This document shows positions 19,677 to 32,000 of a stretch of DNA of 32,000 bases, piece by piece (position 1 is the first letter of the stretch; the number at the start of each line of letters is the position of its first letter). Under the pieces are notes generated by a model that searched no databases, had not been told where the DNA came from, and was given only the letters and a program-made list of their open reading frames with translations. Source of the DNA: Mycoplasmoides genitalium G37 (lineage in GTDB: Bacteria > Bacillota_I > Bacilli_A > Mycoplasmatales > Mycoplasmoidaceae); the NCBI RefSeq assembly GCF_000027325.1, contig NC_000908.2, forward strand, positions 330,001 to 362,000. Reading direction: 5' to 3'. The position numbers and the translations under genes are program-made.

Positions 19677-20260
19677 GACTTTCTCCCCTGAATCGGCAAC
19701 AACAAACCCTTCTCCAACTCCCACACTGCTTCCCTTTCTTCTTCTTCTTCTTCCCCACTCCCCACTTTTTCTAACATCAATGTCGGGGTTAAATCAATGA
19801 TCACTCATCTCAACAAAGAAAACACCCGGTGGGTGTTTACCCCTAACTCTTCACCAGACATTTGAACGGGAGCAGGTTATAGAAAAGCTAATAACAACAA
19901 TAACGGCATCTCCTTGACAAGTGTGTTGCCTAGTAGCAATAGTAGTCAACAGTTTAATCCCAATTCAGATGATAATAAAGTCACTCAAGGTGGTGGCTCC
20001 CCAGCCAAAAAAACAACCACCTATTCCTTTTTACCCAATTCCATCAGTCCCACCAGTGACTGGATCAACGCATTGACTTTTACTAACAAAAATAACCCGC
20101 AGCGCAATCAACTGTTGCTCAGAAGCTTACTAGGAACTATCCCGGTATTGATCAATAAGAGTGGAACGGGAGATGAGTTTACCCATACGAGTGAGCAGAA
20201 ATGGGATAAAACGAATGAAAAAGATGGGAATTTACCTGGGTTTGGGGAGGTGAATGGTGG
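19677..20260 (+). repeat. MgPar block 2: mgpB-like segment from a non-adjacent part of mgpB, in a different frame from block 1
   Basis: Frame p mod 3 = 0 reads DFLPWIGNNKPFSNSHTASLSSSSSSPLPTFSNINVGVKSM...GFGEVNGG continuously under code 4. The similarity I recognise ends about 20260. Confidence 0.8.
19737..19751 (+). repeat. (TCT)5 trinucleotide tract encoding poly-Ser inside the mgpB-like block
   Basis: tct tct tct tct tct, read in the block-2 frame. Confidence 0.9.
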
Positions 20261-20406
20261 TTTTTATCAACTAAATAAAAAACTTATTAGCTTATTTTTA
20301 TTAGGTTTTTACTTATTTAATAGTTAAAAAAGTTTTGAATTTTTCTTAGTTTTTTATTTGTTTAATAGTTAAAAAACACTAGGCTTTACCTTTATTTAAT
20401 TAATAA
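20261..20406 (+). repeat. AT-rich spacer between the mgpB-like and mgpC-like parts, containing a 16-nt direct repeat
   Basis: tttaatagttaaaaaa occurs at 20316-20331 and again at 20361-20376. Multiple stops in all frames. Confidence 0.8.
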
Positions 20407-21780
<1,374 letters not shown>

Positions 21781-21790
21781 AGAAATATTT

Positions 21791-23682
21791 TTATGAGTTT
21801 AAAACAAGGTAATGCAGATAACTAGCTAAATCAACAACTGGAGGTTTTGTAGCCCCATTTCTTAAATCCAAATTATGTAAGTTTTGCTGTTTAAGTAAAT
21901 CCATAAATTTACCATCTTGAACTTTTATCTGTTCTTTTACGTGTAAAGTGAAAAGTAGTTGATTGTCTTTAAATTGAAATAGAGAACCTGGATAATCAGT
22001 ATTTTGAACTAAGTTATAATCCAAATCACCATCAACTATGAACTTGACATCCATTTCACCATTTCATGATGAAGGGATACCAGAAAAAGGTGCAAATCAA
22101 CTAAATAACCCAGTTAATTTGTATCCACCTTGGTACTTTATGTCAATTTCAAATTTAAATTTGTATGGATAATGTTGCCTAAATTCAATTCCATTATTTT
22201 TTCAATCAATGGTTGGATTATTTTCCTTGTTTTCAATTTTTATGCTTGTTAAGTTTAGTTTTATGTCAGTATAGGAAGTTAGCTTTCCTCTTAATCAGTC
22301 AGACATATAAAGACCTTCAAGCCCTTGTCTAGGAAACTGAATTCCTTTTTCACTAAAGGCTTTCTTTGCATTTTCACTTTCATCTTTTTTATTATTTTTG
22401 TAATAATCTGACGTTGCTTTAGTAAAGCTATTAATTAAAAGTGAAAAAGTTTTATTTTTATCAGCAGCAAAAGAAGTTTTTAGAGCATCTATTAGTTGAG
22501 TCTTATCAGTAACATCTTTCTTTTGATTTTTTCAATAATCTTTAAATTCTTTAGCATTTTCAAATGATTTATTAAATTGTTCTTGTTGTTCTTTTAAGCG
22601 CTTAGCTTCCTCTTCTTTTCGCTTAAGTTCTTCTTCTTGTTTTCTTCTTTCCTCAGCTAAAATTCGTTGTTGTTCTTCATAATCAGCTTTAGCTTTTTCA
22701 CGTTCTTTTTTGAATGGTTCAATTATTTCTTTTTCAAATTTTGTTTTAGCTAAATCTAGTTGTTCATCAATTTTTAAAACTGAATTAAAGATATTTGTAT
22801 TGGAAAGAAAAAGTGAATCACTTACAGCAGTTTTAGCTATTGAAGTGAGATCATTTTGATTTTTATCAACAAGTTTATTAATTAGAGGTTTTCAAAACAA
22901 TTGGGTATTTAGATCGTTACCATTAAAGCTATTTTGCAACTCTTGTAAATTCAAAAAATTAGAAGTTTGGGCTTTTAAATCAAATTGCAAGTTAACAGTG
23001 TTGTTACCACCTTCATAATCAACTTCAAAATCCATTTTGATTTCAAAGCTATAACGAATCTTATCTTTAATAACAATGTCATTTTTTTAACCAATTCAAG
23101 ATTAAAGTCTTTTAATTGAATTTTCTTTAAGTTGTATTGATTAAATATTTCAACAATACTTTCGGTAATGTTTAAACCTTTTGGATGCAATTGTGGAAAG
23201 AAATTTTCATTAAGGAATTTAAAAAAATTCTGTGGAACTTTAGGCAATTTATCTTCATCATTAATTGGAAAAATTTTGTTAGTTTCATTAATGCTTGATT
23301 ACAGCCTATTTAATAAATCAACTGTTTTTTTAATACCTGATTTAAAACCACTTAAAAGATGAAAAATATCTATAACATTAAAGTTCCTAGGATAAAATTC
23401 ATTCTTAAATTTCTCTTGAAATAAGTCAAAGTTTTTATCATAATCTTTCTCTTTAGCAATATAGTTTTCTTCTTGCTCTGTTATAGCTGTTTGCTGTTGG
23501 AGTAGAATACTATTTTCTCTACTATTTGTTGTACTTGATTTTCTTAGACTAGGTTGACTTAAATTTGCAGCTGAGCCATTATAGATAGAAGGGACAATAA
23601 GTACACCAGCAGTTAAAGTTGATGCAAAAGAGACAAAGAGAAAAGTTTTAATTTTAAAACGAGATTTTTTGATAGCTTTCAA
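21791..23682 (-). pseudogene. Disrupted gene for a signal-anchored coiled-coil protein (probably MG288, of the MG032/MG096/MG288 paralog family). It has an in-frame TAA and a frameshift at an A7 tract. Its largest intact piece is 21791..23035 (414 aa from ATG)
   Basis: Piece A, 23302-23682: TTG start, MKAIKKSRFKIKTFLFVSFASTLTAGVLIV..., ends at a true TAA at 23299-23301. Piece B continues sensibly in the same frame (SSINETNKIFPINDEDKLPKVPQNFFKFLNENFFPQLHPKGLNITESIVEIFNQYNLKKIQLKDFNLELVKK) up to the T7 tract at 23082-23088. Piece C is in another frame. It is closed by TAA at 23087-23089, right at the tract, and is then open to TAA at 21791-21793 with only TGA interruptions. One extra A would join B to C. 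Confidence 0.7.
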
Positions 23683-24023
23683 AGTTAATAATTAATATTG
23701 AAAATAATTAGCTAAAACTAAAAAAGTTACAAACGAAATTGAATTTGTTTAAAACTAAAACAGACAGGGAAAATTTAACATTATATTCTAACTCTGAATA
23801 GCAAAAAATATAAGAATAGCTTTAATTCAAAAAAGTAATTCGGATCTTAAAAAATATTTTTTAATAAAGATTAATTGCCAGCAACTTGAATCTAAGTAAT
23901 AAAGTGAATATTTATTTTTATTAAAAACTTATATTCAAATTTGTAGTCTATTTTTAACTAATATAAAAAAGTTGAATATTTAAAAACAATTAATTTTGAT
24001 AATTAATAATCCAGGATTAATAA

Positions 24024-25846
<1,823 letters not shown>

Positions 25847-25857
<11 letters not shown>

Positions 25858-27478
25858 GTTGTTTTTTCACCAAGTTGGCGATAATAAAAAACGCTTAATT
25901 TGGTATTGAAAACTATTAATAATAATTGCTGTTTTGGCTATTGTCATTTACAGTTGAATAGATAACTTTTCTAGCTTTAATCAGTTTGGTTTAAATGTTT
26001 TTATTAATAACATTACAAGCTTATTTACCCCCAATCTTAACCACGAATATACACTAGTAAGATTCCTAGCACAAACTGCTTTTTTTGTTACAGGAGGTAG
26101 CTTTTTAGGATTTATTTTTGCGATCCTATTTTCCTATTGAACTGCATTTAAAATTCAACCCTTTTACATTGCTCTACCGATCAGGTTAATAACTATAGTT
26201 TTAAGAGCATTTCCCGTACTTTTATTTGGTTTTTTATTTAGTAATTTATTTAATAAACAACTAGCAGCTACACTAACGATTAGCTGGTTTAGCTTTTTAT
26301 GGAATACAAAATACATTACTACATTTTTTGAAAACAGCAATTTAAAGTATTTTTTTAACAAAAAAATTAGAGAAGGAAGTGGTTTTAAAGCTTTTTGAAC
26401 TACTATTTTTCTTAGTGAAAATGAGCGACTATGGTTGTTTTTTCTTTATAGTTTAGAAGCAAATTTTCGTTGAACTACGCTTCTAAGTATATTTGGCATT
26501 GGTGGCATAGGACAACTAATTGTTGATCCTTTAAGTATAAGGGTGCAGTTTGATCTTGTATTAATTCCATTAGTTGTTTTAATAACCTTTCTAATTTTTA
26601 TAGAAGTTGTTGTTTTTTTATTATCAAGTTTTGTTTTTGAGAAAAATAGTGAAGATTTAAGACCAATTTTAAAAACAACAGTTATTGAAAAACGAAAGTG
26701 AAAAAGAATTATATTTATTTTGTTTATTGTAGTACTAATTAGTCTTAGTTTAGCCAATTTAGTGACTATTGATTACAGAATTAACGATGCTGAATTTTTA
26801 CAAGATTTTTTTAACCAGTTTTTTCAGTTAAAAAGTAATCTTTTTTCAAGTAATGATCCTAATATAAACCCAATTTTAATGTTAGTTAAACTTACAACTC
26901 AAGCTATTAGTTTAATTAGCTTGGTTGTAATCTTTTCTATTCTCTTTGGTTTTATATCATGTAATTTATTTAAAAAGAGATTTTCAATTAGTTTTAAGAT
27001 CTTATTACTTTTTGTTAGAGTAGTTCCTAGTATTCTGTTGTTTAGGCTACTAGATCCTTTATTTCTAGAAGCAAAAACAACTATTATTTTAGTCTTACTA
27101 ATTAATCATGGTTCAAGTTATGGCCAATTGATGTCAATTAACTTTAATAAGGCAAATCAAAATATCATCAATAACTATAAAAATCATGGTATGACAAAAG
27201 GTTTTATTTTATGAAACTATTTGTTAGTTGAAAATAAACCTAATTTAATAAACATTACCAGTGATGCTTATGATAGTGTAATTAGGGATTTAATTTTGTT
27301 TGGTAGTTTTGGCGGTTCAATTATTGGTAGTAGAATTACTAATTTTTTTGAAAGAGCTCAATTTGATAATCTAGGTTCTGTTACAATCCCATTAATGGTT
27401 TATCTAATTGCAATAGAAATAATTTTTCTTTCAGTTAGATTAACTAGAATTTCAGTTTTTAAGAACTACCTTTACTAA
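25847..27478 (+). CDS. p69: ABC transporter permease (p69), 543 aa
   Basis: ATG at 25847 overlaps the p29 end by 11 nt. Track ORFs 26720..27214 and 27221..27478 are in frame with it. The sequence between has only TGA interruptions and is strongly hydrophobic with many TM segments. TAA stop. Confidence 0.85.
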
Positions 27479-27891
27479 TGATAGTTTTGAAAGAAGCGCT
27501 CTAATATTAAAACTGCAGCTAATGTATCTTTAGCCTTTTTAAAATCCTTATGTTTTAAATCCATTGTTATAAGCTTATCTTTAACAGCACTTGTAGTATT
27601 ACTTTCATCAACCAAAATTATTGGCAAATTAAAACGTTTTTCTAAAAGTTGTTTAAATGATTTAATTGCCTTTTGAATATCAGAATAATAGTGAAATTTG
27701 GGAAAACCTATCACTATTTTTTCAAGTTCATACCCATCGTTTTTAATTCGCAAAAATAAGTTGTTAACAGCAGTTTTGAAATTATTTTTTACTTCAAAAA
27801 CATGAAATGCAGAAGGATATTTATCTAGTGTATTGGCAATTGCTGTACCTATTTTTTTCAAGCCAAAATCAATTGCTAATATATATTTCAC
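27475..27891 (-). CDS. ruvX: YqgF/RuvX-family putative pre-16S rRNA nuclease (Holliday junction resolvase-like), 138 aa
   Basis: Track ORF with a GTG start. N-terminal ILAIDFGLKKIGTAIA and ...VDESNTTSAVKD... are typical of YqgF. The stop overlaps the p69 stop convergently by 4 nt. Confidence 0.85.
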   Translation of the reverse strand: MKYILAIDFGLKKIGTAIANTLDKYPSAFHVFEVKNNFKTAVNNLFLRIKNDGYELEKIVIGFPKFHYYSDIQKAIKSFKQLLEKRFNLPIILVDESNTTSAVKDKLITMDLKHKDFKKAKDTLAAVLILERFFQNYH

Positions 27892-30593
27892 TATTTATTT
27901 TGAAACAATTCATTAAGCTTTTGAGGGGTAACATTATCCTGAAAAGAACCTCTAAATAACTTATCATTGCCTCCGCCCTTTAAATTAAAACTATTTCTTA
28001 ATTTTTCAATAATGGTGGTAGTTTTATTTCCTATAACAATAAATGAATTACTTTCATTGAATTGATTAATTATCAAGAAATTTTTAGTTTGATTTTGATT
28101 GAAAACATCATGTAGTGTTTGTAGCAATAGTTTAGGTTCTACGTCATTAAAAGTGGCAATTACATAACTTTTATTTTCATCTACTAAGGATAATAATTGC
28201 TTTTTAATTGATAAAGCTAAAGCTTGCTGTGATACTTTATAGTTTTTTGTTTTTAACTGGTTAATATCATTTTTTAAAGCTAATAAAGTATCAGATGCAT
28301 CTCTTAATTGGGTAATTTTTTCAGGTAAGATAAATTTATCTAGCCTTTGTTGCAATTCTTTTAACTCAACTTTAAAAATTGAACTATCAATCAAAGATAG
28401 AACTTTTTCAAGTTCTGATTTTAATTGGATTAATTTTTGATTTTCTGCTTTTAAATAGTTGTTAATAGTTTCATTACTGCTAATGATTTCAATCCTTCAT
28501 CTTCCAGCTCCTAAAGAATAGAAATCAGTAATAAAACAATCTTCAATTGAAGCAGTGTTAGCTACATGAGTGCCACCACACAACTCAACACTATAATCAC
28601 CAAAGCGGATCACTCTTAATATTTCATGTTGAGAATATTCCTCTTCAAAATAAGCAATTGCATTTAGTTTTTGACTCCCTTCAAAATCAGTAAAAATCTC
28701 TTTTGAGCTTATTTTTTGTTTAATCAAAGAGCGAATTTTATTTTCTACTTTCTCAAGTTCATTTCTTGTTAAATGACGATTCAAATTAAAGTCAATAGTT
28801 GCTTTTTGCGCAGATTTAAAAGCACCACTTTGTTTAATAAGTGGATCAATTTCTTTTTGTAAAGCTGCATGTAAAAGGTGTTCTAAACTATGGTTGTTAG
28901 CAGCAAGTTTTCTTCAAGTTTCATCATGTGATAAAGTTACTTGATCATTGAGTTTAAAACTACCTACTAAAAAGTAGTGGAAGTGTTGTTTATTAGGTCC
29001 TTTAAATACACCTTGAAAACTGATTTTTTGATCATTATTATTAGAATGATTAATGCAACTTCCTTCATCATATCTCTGTCCTCCAGAAGTAGCATATAAA
29101 ACTGTTTGGTCAAAAACTACATAACCACTTTGATTATTAAGTTCTTTAACTGGTAAATAATTTTCATCAAAAAGACCAATTACCTTAGCATTAATTTTAT
29201 TTTTGTGATAAAAAAAAGTACTTTTAGTTTTGAAATTAACTAAATTAATATTTTGTTTTTCAAAATTTATAGTTTGGTTATTTTGCTTAGAGATAGAACG
29301 ATGTTTGGCCATTAACTGATCAAATACTGTTCAATCAATAGTTAAACCTTTTTGATTAACTAGTTCTCTTATTATTTCAACAGGAAAACCGTATGTTTCG
29401 TTCAATTGAAATGTTAATTGGGGAGTTAGAGTATTGTTTTTAACACTTTTTTCAAACAGCACTAAACCTAAATCAATCGTTTTATTAAATGCATTAATCT
29501 CTTTTAAAACTACCTGTTTAACAGTTTCATTTTTAGCTTTTAAATGTTGATAATAATTCTCATATGAAGCGATGATTTCATCTATTATCTTTTCAATAAA
29601 TGCTAAGTTTAATTGCAATTTCTTACAAGCTATTAAAGCACGTCTTAAAAGTCTTCTTACTACATAATTTCTCTCATTAGGACCAGGTAAAACTCCTTCT
29701 GAAATGGTAAAAGTGATTGCTTTAAAGTGATCAGCAATAATCCGAAAATAACTCTGTTCTTTCACTTTTTGAGGATCGAATGTAAAGTAAGAGTTGGGAT
29801 CATATTTAAATGGACAAAAAGCTTCAATTATTTTGATTAGCTTTAAAAAGATGTCAGTATCAAAATTGGTTGGACTATTTTGTAATACTGAAACAAGTCT
29901 TTCTATTCCAGCACCTGTATCAATATTTTTTTGAGCAAGTTCTGTATAGTTGCCATTACCATCATTATTAAATTGACTAAAAACAATGTTTCATATCTCA
30001 ACATAACGATCATTTTCAATGTCCTCAAAGAAAAGTTTTTCACCAATTTTTTTAGGATCAAATTTCTCACCACGATCATAATAGATTTCAGTGCAAGGTC
30101 CACAAGGTCCTAAACCTAAGTCTCAAAAGTTACGACTTTTGTCACACTTAATAATGTGATTTTTATCAATTTTATGCTTAATTCATCTTTTATAAGTAGT
30201 TTCATCATCTTCATAAACAGTGATATAAAAACGCTTAGGATCTAGCTGATAATAATTAACTAAAAGATCAAAAGCAAAATCAATTGCTTCTGTTTTAAAA
30301 TAATCACCGATTGAAAAATTTCCAAGCATCTCAAACAAAGTTTGATGTCTTGAAGTAAAACCCACATTTTCAATATCATTTACCCTTAAACATATCTGTG
30401 CATTAACAAGGCGTTTAGATGGTGGTGTTTTTCTAGCACTGAAATAATCTTTTAAAGTAGCAACTCCTGAATTGATTCATAATAATGATGGGTCGTTGAT
30501 CGGAATTAGTGATTTTGAAGCTAAAACCAGATGGTCTTTCTTTGCAAAATAATCTAATCAGGTTTGCCTTACTTTATCAGTTGTTCAATTCAT
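27891..30593 (-). CDS. alaS: Alanyl-tRNA synthetase, 900 aa
   Basis: ATG at 30593 ([31 protein letters not shown]...). Track ORFs 27891..28394, 28497..28784, 28914..29312, 29331..29765 and 30183..30365 all lie in its frame. Motifs [14 protein letters not shown] and the editing-domain CGGTHV. The TAG stop shares 1 nt with the ruvX GTG. Confidence 0.93.
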
Positions 30594-30650
30594 TGCTTAA
30601 TTTTAAATGCAATTTACCAGTGATAAAAATAACTATAGTTCTTTTATTTG

Positions 30651-31385
30651 CTAATTTATTTTTATTTCAAACTTTTTGTTAGCAATTTGTGCATAAACAT
30701 GATTATCAGCTAAGAACTGCTGAAACTTATTTTGACTGTTTACTGTTCATAAATTTAAAGGTAAGTTAAGTTTTTTGATCATTTGGGGATACTTTTCATA
30801 TATTTTGGTTCATGGGTGGAGGAATTGACAAATCTTTTGGATTCTAGCTGTACTAATTGTTTCAAACTGTTTTTTAGTCCAAAATAAAAAACCTTTTTTG
30901 TAACTATTATCTAAATCATAAACTTTTTGCAAAGATTCAAAGTTAAAGGATGAAAACAAGATCTTATCTATTGCTTTTTTACCATAACCTTTAACTAGGT
31001 CAACAAGCTTCTTTTCAATTCCTAAATATGGTTTTTGATCAGTTTTAATCTCAATATTGATTAACTTAAATTTATCTAAATAAAGATCTAAGAACTCTTT
31101 TAAAGTTAGGATCGATTGAAATTGAATTTTAAGGTGAAAAAAAGCACTATGATCATCTCTTTTTAAACTAACTAATGATTCAAACTCAACCTCCTTATTA
31201 ACTAATGCGGTTCTCAATGTTGTCTCATCATGAATGATAACTAACTGTTCATCTTTAGTTAAATGAACATCAAGCTCTATTCCATCAAAACAATATTCAA
31301 AAGCTAAATCAAATGCTAGTTTGGTGTTTTCTGGAGCAATGAATGAATAACCCCTATGTGCTAAAAGCAATTGCTTGTTATGCAT
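30651..31385 (-). CDS. glpQ: Glycerophosphodiester phosphodiesterase, 244 aa
   Basis: Track ORF 30810..31391 ends at a TGA. Read as Trp, the frame continues to TAG at 30651-30653. I prefer the ATG at 31385. Catalytic motifs [16 protein letters not shown] and [11 protein letters not shown]. Confidence 0.88.
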
Positions 31386-32000
31386 TATCAAGATCTCTTC
31401 AACGGTATGAAGCTTTATTTAATCGTTTAATTTCCATGCTATTTGAGATAAAAACAATTGATCCACATATCAAACCAAACAAAGCAATGGATAAACAAAT
31501 AGCAGCGATAATTTGATAACCAGTGTTACTAGTATTACTTTGTCCTGCAACTGTATATTTCTTACCAACTTCAGCAGTCACAGTGTAAAGTCATCCATCA
31601 GTAGAAAAACCAATAAAACTAAGTAAACCAACACTAGATGCATAGTTATTTTTACCAATATCAATTTCACCTATTTGGTTATATCTGACTGTAACCATTC
31701 CCCATGATAAGATACCAGTAAAGATATAGAGAATGGAAGAGAAAGTAATTAAAGTGATGTTAGCAGAATTTGTTTGTACAAAACCAAGTAGAATAAATGC
31801 TAGAACAAATACAATACCAAGAACAGTACATATCATTAAAAACAAGATATAGCTTTTACACTTATCTGCTAATCTACAAAGATAAACACTAACAGCACTT
31901 CTCAGTGCATAAGTTCTAATTCCCCCAATTACAGTTACTAATACTACAGGCGCTAAAAATGCATTTTGCAACATCTGTAAAAGGTAATAAGCAAAAGTGC
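31378..32000 (-). CDS. Polytopic membrane permease, C-terminal part (MFS-like; MG294 by recollection); the 5' end lies beyond the window
   Basis: Track ORFs 31399..31581 and 31591..31974 are in the same frame. The 31399 stop is TGA, and the real TAA is at 31378-31380, overlapping the glpQ start by 8 nt. Successive hydrophobic helices. Confidence 0.75.

Noticed and set aside
23168-23362. Track ORF 23168..23362 (+)
   Set aside because: It is antisense to the disrupted minus-strand gene and shows no motif.
23760-23900. Possible TPP riboswitch upstream of the thiamine-pyrophosphate-binding p37 gene (ctgaata, gatct and attgccagc fragments)
   Set aside because: Only scattered partial matches to the conserved CUGAGA and CUGGAUAAUGCCAGC cores. 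The required complementary stems are missing, and I am not aware of any report of this element in this organism. A covariance-model scan would settle it.
29903-30113. Track ORFs 29903..30103- and 29931..30113+
   Set aside because: They are out-of-frame or antisense readings inside alaS.

Overview
The window reads as a Mollicutes chromosome segment in genetic code 4 (UGA = Trp). Nearly every long gene is split in the supplied standard-code ORF track only at in-frame TGA, and a tRNA-Trp with anticodon UCA is encoded at 19128-19202. Low GC, gene order and MgPa-type repeat content match my recollection of Mycoplasma genitalium G37, from pdhC (MG272) to MG294. This assignment and all locus tags are from memory, not from a search. 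After re-joining ORFs across TGA I call 23 intact protein genes, 2 candidate micro-ORFs, 1 disrupted gene, 6 tRNAs, 3 intrinsic terminators and one 2.5 kb MgPar repeat. The intact genes are pdhC', pdhB, pdhA, nox, apt, a 970-aa membrane protein, relA/spoT, two tandem paralogous coiled-coil membrane proteins, the Protein M candidate, greA, proS, a three-gene cluster of unknown function, acpP, the p37/p29/p69 ABC transporter, ruvX, alaS, glpQ and an MFS-like permease. The MgPar is a promoterless mgpB/mgpC donor cassette for adhesin antigenic variation. Most worth a second look: (1) an 8-Cys, 23-codon micro-ORF with its own terminator between pdhB and pdhC; (2) the Protein M gene followed on the same strand by the two paralogous membrane proteins; (3) a small protein with a sigma-region-4-like HTH at the head of an uncharacterised three-gene cluster; (4) tRNA-Trp(UCA) overlapping the acpP stop codon; (5) a gene beside the MgPar broken by an in-frame TAA and a frameshift at an A7/T7 tract; (6) a 44-codon transmembrane micro-ORF upstream of proS. 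I found no CRISPR array, rRNA, IS element or transposase.
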